A stretch of DNA of 64,000 nt from the NCBI GenBank assembly GCA_000004695.1, contig CM000154.2, positions 384,001-448,000 on the forward strand. The letters are read 5' to 3'. The position numbers and the translations under genes are program-made. The notes below the pieces were generated by a model. The model was not told the origin of the DNA and ran no database searches. It worked only from the letters and a program-made list of their open reading frames with translations. Position 1 is the stretch's first letter; the number at the start of each line of letters is the position of its first letter. Shown here one piece after another: positions 15,906 through 27,082 of the stretch. Origin of the DNA: Dictyostelium discoideum. Taxonomy: Eukaryota.

Positions 15906-16423
15906 TATATTGTATAACAATAACCCATAGAATTATTGTTTGGATAATTTTTTTTTTTTTTAATCATCTATTTTTTTTATTTTTCATTTTTTTGATTTTA
16001 ATATTTATATCAAAAAAATAAAAATAAAAATAAATTAAATTAATAATAATAATAAAAAAAAAAAATGTATAGAATTTTTTTGTTTAGATAAATTTTTTTA
16101 TTTTTTTATTTTTTTATTAATTAATAACAAAAAAAATTAAAAAATAAATTAAAAAATAAAAATCGAAAAATAATAAAAATGATTCGTCACTTTTTTTATT
16201 TTTTTATTTTTAATTTTTTTATTTTTTTTTTTTATAGGTAGGAAAAAAAAAATAAATTAAAAATATAAGTTTTCATATAATAATTAAAATATCTTTTCTT
16301 CAAATGAATCACCATCTTCACTTAAAAGTTTTTTATTTTATTTTTTATTTTATTTTTAATTTTTTTTTTATTTTATTTTTAATTTTTTTTTTTTAATTTT
16401 TTTTTTTTTTTTTGAACATGACC

Positions 16424-16460
<37 letters not shown>

Positions 16461-16557
16461 CCAAAAAATTTTTCCATTATAAAAAAAAAAAAAAAAAATT
16501 TAATTAATATTTAATTATTTAAAAAAAGGGAATTTTTAAGGCCATTAGTTTTTTAAG

Positions 16558-17147
16558 AATTATTGGTTGAAATTGTATTCTGTACTTTTTTTATGTTACC
16601 AGTTTCAATGCACCTAAGAAAGAATGTTTACAATAAATTAGATAAATTATTTGGTGGTCAAAATGCAAAGATCTTTTTAAAGGTATTGGCATTGTTAGTG
16701 ATCATTGTATTTTGTGATTCAATTGTAAATTCATATAATATCAACAAGAAATTACATACACCAGAATTGACCGGAGCTAAATTTGACAGACAAAATGAAT
16801 ATACCCGTATGTTTAGATATCAAAGAAATTCATACATTTGTGGTTTCTGTCTCTATTTATTCTTTTTAATCTATCGTTCACAAGGTATCATTAGTCAATT
16901 ATCAAATGTAGAAGCCTCAAAAACTGCCATTGAAAAGCAAACTAAAAATAATTTAAATACCGTCGAAACTCTCTTATCGGAAAATGAAAAATTAAAAACT
17001 GAAATTAAAGACCTTAAAAAGATGGAAAAAGAACATAAAGCTATGAAATCTCAAGCTGAAAATACAACCAAAGAATATCTTAAACTCCAAGAAGAATATA
17101 ATCAACTTTTAGGTAAAAAACCAAAAACTCAAAAGAAAGATGATTAA
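16558..17147 (+). CDS. BAP31/BAP29-family ER membrane protein. 3' exon only; initiator exon not located.
   Basis: MFRYQRNSYICGFCLYLFFLIYR matches BAP31 FRAQRNLYIAGFSLLLSFLL. C-terminal coiled coil and KKxx-like tail (KKPKTQKKDD). The frame is open only from 16557, immediately after ttttaAG at 16556-16557, with no in-frame ATG before TM1. The first approx. 10 codons must come from an unidentified upstream mini-exon. Confidence 0.6.
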
Positions 17148-17762
17148 TCATCTTAAAAATAATAATAATAATAATTAATTCATTATTATTATTATTATTA
17201 TCATTATCATCATCAGATTTAAATTTATAAAAAAAAATAAATAAAAAAAAAAAAAACTTATTATTATTTTTTTACTATTATTTTTTTTTTTCTTCCTTAT
17301 TATTTTAATAAACTTATTAATAATAGATATAAATTATATATATATTCTAAAGATTTAATTTTTTTTATCTATTTCTAAAATCTAATAATTAAATCAATTA
17401 AAAAAAAAAAAAAAGATAAAAATCCAGTTAATAAAAATCATATTTTTTAATTGAAATTTCAAAGAAAGTTATTAAAAAAAAAAACAAAATGTTTTTTGTT
17501 GCCAATTTTTTTTTTTTTGGGTGATAATGGGTTAGTTTGGGTGTTTTAAAATTTTTAAAAATAAAATGCGGGACATCTGATGTATTTGAAAAAAAAAATA
17601 AAAAAAAAAAAAAAATGAAATTTCGAAAATCTTAATTTAAATTTTTCCTTTTTCTAAAATATATATTTTTTTTTATTATTTTTTTTTTTTTGGCATAAGA
17701 AAAATAATTTTTTTTTTTTTTTCTTAACAAAATACGATTAAATCTTAAGATTAAATATAAAT

Positions 17763-19090
17763 ATGGAACTATCAAAAAAAGTTATAAAAAGTCAAAAAGA
17801 TTTGGGGCTATATAATTGCGAATTGGGCCGAAGAATGGATAATCTCGATGTACAAAACGAAATATATATCAATATGAAATTATCTTATTCAAGACTTGAA
17901 GAGGATACTGAAATTGCAAAAAATCAGTTCAAAAATCTCAAATATCAATTAAAAGAAAATTTGAAGAATTAAGAAACCAAGAAGAATATATTAATGATCA
18001 AGAAAAAGATGTCCAAAGATTATCATTTTTAATAAATAAACAATCAGTATTCTTAAAAACACTAATTAATTTGGAGAAAGCAAATCAAATGATATTATTA
18101 AATAAAATTGAATTTGATACAATTAATCATGAGAATAATATTTCAAGTAAATACCTTTATTTTATTATTTTTATTATTTTTATTATTATTATTATTACAA
18201 ATTTTAACTTTTTTTTTTTTTTTTTTTTTTTTTATAGAACTTTTTGAAATTGGTGGATTTAATTGGGAAATTTTTGAAAAAGTTTTTTCTCCAAAGTATG
18301 ACAATGAAGAATGTAATATTGAAAATGGTATATTCAATTTAATTTCCAAGATCCAACACGTCATGAATTTTATGTTTTCATAAAGAGAATTTTATTGGAC
18401 ACAATAAAGTTATGTGATTACCAAAATGAAGTAAGGGTTAATCTCAAAAGAAGAGAAGGCTTGACACCATATTACTTTGAAATAGCAGATAACTCTAATA
18501 CCATATTAGGTTTTGTCGAAACTTGTTTCAATGCCACTGATGAACCAAGTAAAGCTGCTGGCCATTGCTATGATTTTGCTCTTCAAAAAATTAATACTAC
18601 AGGCGATGTTTCCAAAAAAGAACAATTCATAATTTGTATGTCAACTAAAGATGCAAGAGTTTTCTTCACTAAAGATTCAAAAGAATTAGCTGCTGATAAA
18701 GAAGAGTCTCTATACACATCCACACCCTCTGAAACAACTTCCACCAACGATATTAGAGTATTGTTTTCATCAGATGTAATAAGCTATGATAGTCCAAATG
18801 ATCTTTTCGCTTTACTTTGCACCGCCATAATTAAAATGAATATCTGTAAACACCATTCTGTAAAAGCTAGACTTTCATCTGATAATTCACCACCAATCAC
18901 TAAAAAAAACAGCACAGACTATCACAACTACAACTACAACTACTACAACTACAAATACTGTAACAACCTCTTCAAAAAATGATTCAGAAAATTCAAACAA
19001 AAAAAGCAAAAGGAATGAAGAAACAGCTCCAGTTGTTACACCAGCACAAAGAAGAAGAGTTTCTGTATTAATTAATCAAGAAGATATTTA
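17763..19090 (+). CDS. Hypothetical gene (coiled-coil N-terminus, poly-Thr/basic C-terminus) whose reading frame is broken at least 3 times at homopolymer runs. Two exons (intron 18147..18237) if the indels are corrected.
   Basis: Frame 0 from ATG 17763 to 17972, frame 2 from 17912 to 18146. GTAAAT donor at 18147. Acceptor ttttatAG at 18236-18237. Frame 0 to 18383, frame 2 from 18323 to 18982, frame 0 from 18868 to 19090. Each switch can be healed by a +/-1 change in a homopolymer (A4 at 17951-17954, A4 at 18321-18324, A8 at 18902-18909), giving one continuous 400+ aa ORF ending ...TAPVVTPAQRRRVSVLINQEDI. Codon usage unusually GC-rich for this genome. Could be a true pseudogene instead. Confidence 0.35.
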
Positions 19091-19297
19091 AACTAATTTT
19101 CAAACTTTAAACCACAATTAAAATAAATAATAAATAAAATAAAAATAAATAAATAAATAAAAATAAAAAGTTATTAAATAAAAAATAAAAAAAGAAAACC
19201 TTTAATAAAATAATTATTTATTTATTTTTTATACGATTTTAAATTTTAAAATTTGATTTTTAAAATAAAAAAATCGTACCTATTAATATGTTTTTAT

Positions 19298-20706
19298 TTA
19301 TTTATCTTGATCTAAATTTGCACCATTTTTAATATTATTTGAACTATTATTAATACAGATATTATTATTGTTATTATTACTACTACTACCAAGATTACTA
19401 TTTGTACTATTATTAATTGATGGTGATGAGGATAATGGTATTTCAATTACAATTTCATTTAATGAAATTGCATTATTATCTAAACTTGATGATAAATTTT
19501 TATTTTTTGAATGTGATTTTTGTGATGCATTAATACTACCCAATGATACAGAACTATTAATTTCACCACTACCACCTGAAGATGAGCTATTGCTTCTATT
19601 TAATTTTATAATATGTTTGTCAATTAAATCTAAAATTGGGTCTAAAAATCTTGTATCATTATTAATTACAAATGCAATTAAATCACAAATTATAACTAAG
19701 AATACTAAATGAAATTCATAAGGTAATATAAAATGATACTTTGCTTTATCAACAATATTTAATAAACTAAATAATCCAATTGTTAATGATACAATTAAAT
19801 ATTTTAATAATAACCTAATTGTTTTCTATACATTTATAAATATATTTAAAAATTAATAATAAATTATTTTAATTTTTTTTTTTTTTTTTTTTTTTAATTT
19901 ATTATTATTAATAAAATATACAAACAAATTTATGAGTTGAATCAATTTTTCTTGTATTATTTAATAACATTACAATTGAAGTAATTAAAATAATTGATAA
20001 TAATAATGATAATGCATTTGGTACATAAAATGCTAATAAATAAATTGATTCTGTAACTTTAAATGAGAAAACTCTATTTAACGCAATTATATTTAATAAT
20101 GCAATTATACCTAATGGACTTGTGAATCCAACATAAAGAATTAAAGTTTTCTTATTAAAAATTTTACCATTCATTCTTACATCTGTACTAATACCAATCC
20201 TAAATAATAAATTAAATTAAAAAAAAGTTAAAAATAATAACAATAATAAAAAAATAAAAAAATTAATAATAATAATTACCAATAATTTAAAAATAATGAT
20301 AAAATTGAAAAAATTAAAAGAGGAATAAAGAAATTTAATAAAATGAAAATACCAACTAAACCTTTAATTAAACTTAATGGTGGCCCATCATTTACAACTA
20401 ATTGTGATGTTATAAAAAATGATGTTGAGACCACTACATTAATGAAAATAAAAATATTATTAATAAATTAATTTAGATTTTTAAAATAAACATTTTTGAA
20501 AATTTTTTGAAAAAAAACTTACAAATCATGAAACAGCTCATTACAATATGAATTGCTTCTCTTGCTTTTTTTACTTTTTTTCTATTAAAAAAGAGATTAT
20601 ATGTTGTTCTCCATAATATTAATGCTGAACTAAATGTTGATATAAATCCCCATCCCAATAAATAACTTTCTCCTGGTAAAATACCACCTGATCCTATAAT
20701 TGGCAT
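19298..20706 (-). CDS. Predicted multi-pass membrane protein, four exons: complement(join(19298..19825,19926..20199,20280..20433,20523..20706)), 379 aa.
   Basis: ATG at 20706. Donor 1 GTAAGT (RC at 20517-20522). Acceptor 1 aatgtAG (exon 2 starts at 20433). Donor 2 GTAATT (RC at 20274-20279). Acceptor 2 ttatttAG (exon 3 starts at 20199). Donor 3 non-canonical GTTTGT (RC at 19920-19925). Acceptor 3 atgtatAG (exon 4 starts at 19825). Phases are consistent (1140 nt). At least 8 hydrophobic helices and a Ser/Asn-rich C-terminal tail. Family unknown. Confidence 0.5.
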
Positions 20707-20813
20707 TTATATTTTTTATAATTTAATTTAATAAATTTTTTATTGATATTTATAGGGGGATAAATAATATTGCTATATTTTTTTGATTTCATTCATACAA
20801 ATAAAAATAAAAA

Positions 20814-20862
<49 letters not shown>

Positions 20863-21147
20863 AATAATAAAAAAAATAAATAAATAAAAATAAATTAAAA
20901 ATAAATAATTAAAATTATTAAAAGGAGTGGTTATTTCTTTAATCACATTAAAAAAACCACACCAACAACAAAAAAATAAATAAAAAAAAAAAATATATAT
21001 TTAAAAATATTAAAAAATTAAAAATTAATCAAATAATTCACACTATTTTTTTCAAATTCCATAACCATTTTTTTTTTTTTTTTTTTTTTTTTATATTAAT
21101 TTTTAATTTTTTTTTATTTTTAATTTTAGTTTTCCTAATTTTTTTTT

Positions 21148-21534
21148 TTAATTTGAAGGACAAACCAAATTTGAACAATTTCCAGGAATAATTAAATTCA
21201 TTCTTTGACCGAAATTTTCAAGAGCGGCATAGTTTCTATGTGATTGGCCAGCACTAATTTGATAGGTTTCTAATGGATTACAACTTGCAAAACAAATTTC
21301 ACTACCACTTGTAAATGATTGAACATTATGAATGAATGAATCTGGTAAAGTGGTTTGACCTTGTGAAATGTTATAAACATAACGGTCACCTTGGAAATCC
21401 CAACTTGAAAAAATGTAAACTTGACCACTTGGAGCACCAACACAATTTGGACTACCAGCATAACAACCAATGGAACAAGACATTAAAACCAAAACTGTTG
21501 AAACTAATAAAACTAATGTATTTCTGATATTCAT
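21148..21534 (-). CDS. Small secreted protein with a beta/gamma-crystallin-like Greek-key fold.
   Basis: N-terminal signal peptide ([23 protein letters not shown]). [42 protein letters not shown] fits the Greek-key pattern Y/F-x-G-x-x-Y...S. Six Cys. Single exon. Confidence 0.45.
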   Translation of the reverse strand: MNIRNTLVLLVSTVLVLMSCSIGCYAGSPNCVGAPSGQVYIFSSWDFQGDRYVYNISQGQTTLPDSFIHNVQSFTSGSEICFASCNPLETYQISAGQSHRNYAALENFGQRMNLIIPGNCSNLVCPSN

Positions 21535-22114
21535 TTTTTTTTTTTTTTTTTTGACTTTATAAATTTTTTTTTTTTTTTAAATTTTTATTTAATTATAATA
21601 TTATTTAGTGGAATTTTAATATTTGAATTTTTGAATGGAATGAGGATAAAAATAATTTTTTAGTTCTATTTATAGTTTTTTTTAATAATTTATAAAATCA
21701 AAAAATCACTTTACAGATTACTATTAGATTTACCATTTTAAAATTAAAAAATATTTAATATCCAACTTTAGAAAAAAAAAAAAATTAAAAAATTAATAAA
21801 AAGGTTTAATTAACAATATTAATGTTTAAAAACTGACAACATTGAACATGATCATGTCATTCGGTTAATAACATTGAAAATTAAATAAATAAAAATAAAA
21901 AATAAAAAAAATAAAAAATAAAAAATAAAAAAAAAAAAAAAAAAATTAATAAAAATAAAAAAAAAATTGTAAACTTTAAAGATCTAATAAAAAAAAAATA
22001 AAAAAATGAATTGAATACTCATTAATTGAAAATAAATGATGTTGGTTCAAAATGTATTTATAAATTAAATTTAATATGTTATTGAATAAGGAAAAATTCA
22101 AAAAAAAAAAATTC

Positions 22115-22152
<38 letters not shown>

Positions 22153-22657
22153 TAGTTTATTAATAAAAAAAATTATATATTTACTGATTGCTTTTAGATT
22201 TATTAATAATTTAATTAATTATAATATCAAACTTGGGAAAAAAAACGATTTTAAAGGAAAAAAAAAAAAAATGAAATCAATAATTAATTAAAATAACTAT
22301 AAAAGGTATAAAATAAAACAATCTTTATTTAAAAACCTACTTTGTATAATATCATTAGGTTATAAAATATTTAAACTAATTATTAAAAAAAAAAAAAAAA
22401 ATAAAAAAAAACTATTAAAAAAAAAAAAATAATAATAAAAATAAAAATAATTTATTGTAAAAACTTTTCTTTTATTGAGAATAAAATGATTGAAATTCTT
22501 AATTATTGTTGAATTTTTTAAGTTGTAAAATAAATTTTATTTAAAAAGGGTTTTGTTGCTTTTTTTTTTTTTTTTTTTTTTTTTGTATAAATTCTAATGT
22601 CGTTTTAAAGTTTTTTTAATTTTTTTTTTTTTAATTTTTTATTTTTTTTTTTTTAAA

Positions 22658-24025
22658 ATGAAAAAAGCAAGTAAAATTATAATTGGTATATTAGGTGTAT
22701 CAACAGTGACAGCAGGAGTTATAAATTATAAATTAGGAGAAAAAGTTAAATCATTAGAAGTAGAGATATCAGAGAAAAAAGATCAAAATAAACAAATTGA
22801 AATTAAACATCAAGATCTTGGTAAAGAATTATCAAGAGTAATTGATGATAAAGTAAGCATCGAGAATAGAACCAAAGATATTGAAAGAACCAATCAATAT
22901 TTAATTGAACTATTTAATGGATTCAATGGGATTACCTACGAGCAATTGAGTCTAATACCATCGAATATTCACGGATCGGCATTCCCCCACAATCAACTGC
23001 ACTATAAGTTAATAGGGGAATTGGGACTCCCAAGCTCGCAGAATCTATGGTTCTACGAAACCTATATTTCCTCATTGAATTTCGAGAGAAAGGTGCCCAA
23101 TTGGGTATGTCAGCGTATTGAAATCCAAGATTTTAAAGAGAAAATAGCGGATCGTAAGCATTGCAATTTCAACAATAACACCATCCAAGTGCCTCACCAT
23201 TTCAAACAAGAAAATAAAGATTACTGGGGCAGTGGGTGGAGCAAAGGTCATATGGTACCCGCTGGCGATAATATAAAAAGTCAAGAATCAATGTGTCAAA
23301 CCTTTCTATTGAATTCAAATATTGTACCACAAGATTTAAATAATAATCAAAACTTTTGGTATAGGTTAGAATCATTTTGTAAGAATCAATTAATCAATCG
23401 TTTTAAATCTGTAACGATCATCAGTGGTCCAATCTATCATCATCCAAATTTAATTGAACAATTGGATGAAGATCAATTAAAATCACGTCCAAAATATTCT
23501 AAACAAACTCAAAAGAAATTTGTAAAATATGAAGTAATTGGTGACAGAAATGTAGCAGTACCAAATTATTTATTTAAAATTATTTTAGTTGAACCAAAAG
23601 ATGATAATAATAATAATAAACAACAACAACCATATTTAGTTAGTAGTTTTTTAATACCAAATGAACCAATTTCATCAGATGCAGTTTTAACAGATTATCA
23701 AGTACCATTACATGAGATTGAAGTTAAAACTGGTTTACAATTCTTTAAGAAATTAAATCCAAAAACTGATATTCAATCATTATGTGATTCTGATCCAATC
23801 AATTGTATGATGATGACTGAAAAAGATTTATTACCACGTTTAATTGGTTTTTGTAGATCAACAAAAGATATCAATGATTTAAAAAATGAATATAAACATA
23901 TTAATTGGGGTGATAGTTTAACAAATTTATTAAATTCAAAATCATTAGAAATAAATCAAATTGAAGAATTAAAAAATCAAGAAAGATTATTAAAAAAACA
24001 ACAAGAAGAACAATCAAAAAATTAA
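22658..24025 (+). CDS. DNA/RNA non-specific endonuclease (Endonuclease G / NUC1 family), probably mitochondrial.
   Basis: Active-site block DYWGSGWSKGHMVPAGDN corresponds to the EndoG DRGH motif (SGFDRGHLAAA / RGHMAPA). N-terminal presequence/TM-like segment. Single exon, 455 aa. Confidence 0.8.
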   Translation: MKKASKIIIGILGVSTVTAGVINYKLGEKVKSLEVEISEKKDQNKQIEIKHQDLGKELSRVIDDKVSIENRTKDIERTNQYLIELFNGFNGITYEQLSLIPSNIHGSAFPHNQLHYKLIGELGLPSSQNLWFYETYISSLNFERKVPNWVCQRIEIQDFKEKIADRKHCNFNNNTIQVPHHFKQENKDYWGSGWSKGHMVPAGDNIKSQESMCQTFLLNSNIVPQDLNNNQNFWYRLESFCKNQLINRFKSVTIISGPIYHHPNLIEQLDEDQLKSRPKYSKQTQKKFVKYEVIGDRNVAVPNYLFKIILVEPKDDNNNNKQQQPYLVSSFLIPNEPISSDAVLTDYQVPLHEIEVKTGLQFFKKLNPKTDIQSLCDSDPINCMMMTEKDLLPRLIGFCRSTKDINDLKNEYKHINWGDSLTNLLNSKSLEINQIEELKNQERLLKKQQEEQSKN

Positions 24026-24098
24026 AAAAAAATATCTTGAAACTAACAAGATATTTATTAAATAAATTTTATATATTATTAAATTACTCTACGCTACA

Positions 24099-24132
<34 letters not shown>

Positions 24133-24141
<9 letters not shown>

Positions 24142-24812
24142 TGAACTTTGATTTGACTTTTTTTCTGTTAAACTTATTAATTGTTCTGGTGGTATTTCAT
24201 TTGATTGTGGTTGATTTTCACATTGATTTGAAATGTGTTTAAAAACTTGTTCTATATTTATATTATCTTTTGCAGAGGTATCAAAGTAAGTTAGATTGCC
24301 ACCAATGTTATCTTTACACCATTGAATAGCGGCTTTCTCTGTAACTACTCTATTTGGATCATCGATTTTATTTCCTAAAATAATGAATGGAAATAAGATT
24401 GGATCTCGAATTTCTGTTTTTTCAATGAAATCATCTCTCCAAAGTTTTAAATCGTAAAGTGTCTTCTCATTGGTTACATCAAATACCAATATACAATAAT
24501 CTGCTCCTCTGTAATATGATATCTCTAAACTTCTGAATCTCTCTTGACCACTTGTGTCCCATAATTGAAGTGTAACCATATTTTCACTAACCATAACGAA
24601 ATCAACTCCAATCGTTGGTTTCAATGTAACAAATCTTTTATCGACATATCTTCTTAATATACTAGTTTTACCAACACTAAATTAAATAAATTATAAAAAA
24701 AAAAAAATAGTTAATAGCTTGTTGTTGTTGTTGTTGTTGTTTTTTTAAAATTTTTTACATACCTTTTCTCACCTATAATGACAACTTTAATAATTTTCCT
24801 TCCTTTTGTCAT
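24133..24812 (-). CDS. Rab-family small GTPase (Rab7-like), two exons: complement(join(24133..24676,24763..24812)), 197 aa.
   Basis: Exon 1 MTKGRKIIKVVIIGEK + ag. GTATGT donor (RC at 24757-24762). 86-bp intron. Acceptor tttaatttAG (exon 2 starts at 24676) completes the P-loop IIGEKSVGKTS. Then TIGVDFV, WDTSGQERF, YYRGADYCILVFDV, ILGNKID, FDTSAKDNINIEQVF and a C-terminal SSCC prenylation motif. Confidence 0.8.
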
Positions 24813-24837
24813 GTTATGTGTTTTAAAAAATTGTAAT

Positions 24838-24876
<39 letters not shown>

Positions 24877-25540
24877 CTTTTTTTTTTCTTTTTTTTTTTG
24901 TTTATGTAAAAAATATAAGTACATATAAAACAAAAAAATCTATAGAAAATTTTAAAAAAAAAAAATAAAAAAATGAAAAAAAAATAAATGAAAATAAAAA
25001 TTATTAAAAAATAAAAATTCACGATGTATTAAACATTTTATAAAATTGAGTTGTGCTGGTTTGGTAAAAATCTCAAATTTTTAATTAGATAAATATAGTA
25101 AAATTAAAATTCAATAAATTAAATTTTAGTTTTATTTTTATTTTTTTCTATAGTTTTATTTTATTTTTATTTTTATTTATTTGGTTTCATTTTCATGTTT
25201 ATTTTTTATTTTTAATTTCCTTTATAATTTTTTATTTTTTTGAAAAAAGAAGAAAATAAAGAACATTTTTTTTTTTTTTTTTTTTTTTTTTTTGTTTTTT
25301 TTTTTTAAATATTGAACAATTAGTGTTTATTAAGGAATTAAAACTATATAATTAAAATTAAAATTCATAAAAAACTATAATTATATAATTTTGAAAATTA
25401 TTAAAAAGCAAAAAATTTAAAATAAAATCTTTAATAAGATCCTAGCAATTTTTTAAAGACCCAAAGGTCCTTAACTATTAAATTATAAAAAATTAAACTG
25501 CCAAGTTATTGTATTATTTTGGGTTTCATCTCTATTTAGA

Positions 25541-25560
25541 GAGTTGAACTAGCGATCTTA
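25541..25560 (-). promoter_or_regulatory. External B-box (ex-B) downstream of tRNA-Gly, the Dictyostelium-specific extra pol III B-box
   Basis: About 33 nt 3' of the tRNA, the minus strand reads GATCGCTAGTTCAACTCTC, a degenerate copy of the B-box GGTTCGAATCC. Dictyostelium tRNA genes commonly carry such ex-B boxes 20-40 bp downstream (established knowledge). Confidence 0.4.
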
Positions 25561-25583
25561 TTTAAAAGATAGGGAAAATTTTA

Positions 25584-25654
25584 TGCGTATGCTGGGAATC
25601 GAACCCAGTTCGCATCCGTGGCAGGGATGCATCATACCACTAGACCACATACGC
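25584..25654 (-). tRNA. tRNA-Gly (anticodon GCC)
   Basis: Reverse complement GCGTATGTGGTCTAGTGGTATGATGCATCCCTGCCACGGATGCGAACTGGGTTCGATTCCCAGCATACGCA folds as a cloverleaf. 7-bp acceptor stem GCGTATG/CATACGC. Anticodon stem CATCC/GGATG with loop CTGCCAC (GCC). T-arm GGGTTCGATTCCC. Confidence 0.85.
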
Positions 25655-25694
25655 TTTTTGGTGAATATTTTTCTAAATAATAGCTTTTTATATG

Positions 25695-25935
25695 GTAAAA
25701 TATCTCTTAAAGCTTCTCCAAAGATCCACAACTCCCCCTGCATCTGGTGTAACGAATAGGAAACCTCAGAACATATCTTCTTTAAATGCAAACCACACAC
25801 TAAAGAAACTCAAGAGTGCATCAACTTCATTCAAGAAAAATCTGGAGGATCCAGAATCAATTGGGGAATAGAAATCTTCAACAGACCAGACATTCCATTA
25901 ACAGCCAACGTTATTCCATTCAAAAAAAAAATTTA
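25695..25935 (+). mobile_element. Candidate tRNA-gene-targeted non-LTR retroelement fragment (TRE5-like), head-to-head with tRNA-Gly, ending in oligo(A)
   Basis: A roughly 240-bp block of much higher GC content than its surroundings begins about 45 bp upstream of the tRNA-Gly 5' end, the characteristic TRE5 insertion distance (established knowledge). It contains a stop-terminated ORF tail ...HIFFKCKPHTKETQECINFIQEKSGGSRINWGIEIFNRPDIPLTANVIPFKKKI* with Cys/His spacing reminiscent of the C-terminal domain of non-LTR ORF2. It ends ...ccattcAAAAAAAAAA (25923-25932). Confidence 0.3.
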
Positions 25936-26281
25936 AATGGTAAACAAAAAAAATTAAACTATAATTAAAAACAAAACAAATAATAAAATCCAAATACATC
26001 CCAAAATTAAAAAAAAAAAATAAAAAATAAAAAAAAATTAAAAAAAGAAACAAAATTAACGATTGAAAATTTTACTTAATTTAAATATTGTAATAAAAAG
26101 CCAGATATTTTATTAAAATAAGCATAAAATTGGTTAAAATTAAAAAATAATTTAAAATTAAATTATTTTTAATTATATAATTACAACCCACCAAAACCAA
26201 AACTAAATTTTAATATCATATTATATTTATTTTTTCCAGTTTTTATAAAAACTTGATGAATTCCCCCAAACCAGGATGACT

Positions 26282-26319
<38 letters not shown>

Positions 26320-26586
26320 TAAACATTAATACAGCCATAGCCCAGTGATTTGTGCAAGCTTTGTCAGTCAACTGGATATTAATAATAAAAAAAAAAAAAA
26401 TAAAAAAAAAAAATAAAAAAAAATAAAAAAAAAAAAATAAAAAAAATAAGAGTGGCGGAGGGAATCTTCACAAAAATCTAGTGTCGGAATTGATTTCTTC
26501 TCAAATAAATGAAAAAAAAAAAAATAAGAAAAGTAAGATAACTATTCAAAAAAAAAAAAATAATAAAAAAAAAATTAAAATATTGG

Positions 26587-26624
<38 letters not shown>

Positions 26625-26779
26625 AAAAAAAAAGATATTATTAAAACGACTGAACGCAATACATAAATACAGCAAATTACAACTTTTAATTATTTAAATA
26701 ATTATAAAAAAATAAAATAAAAAAAAAAAAAAATAAAAAAAATAAAAAAAATAAAAAAAATAAAAAAAATAAAAAAAAT

Positions 26780-26811
<32 letters not shown>

Positions 26812-27045
26812 GAAAGAAATCAAACTGCTCACATTAAAAATTTTATAAAATTTTATAATTTTTGTGCAGTTTCGAGGTAAATTTCATATGATCAAAAAAA
26901 TTAAAAAAAACAAAAAAAACAAAAAATAAATAAATAAAAAAAAAAAAATTAAATTTTTTTAAATTTACCGAGGTACAATCAATTTTAAACCAGAAATTTC
27001 ACAAAAAATAAAATTAAAAAAAAAAAAAAAAAAAAAAAAACCCAG

Positions 27046-27082
<37 letters not shown>

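Noticed and set aside
24711-25022. 103-aa K-rich ORF and other K/F-rich ORFs in intergenic poly-A/T (for example 1213-1407, 26478-26675, 46772-47010)
   Set aside because: They are translation of A/T homopolymers. No codon structure.
25558-25800. 80-aa minus-strand ORF MCGLHLKK...
   Set aside because: It spans the tRNA-Gly gene and the retroelement-like block. It is explained by those features.
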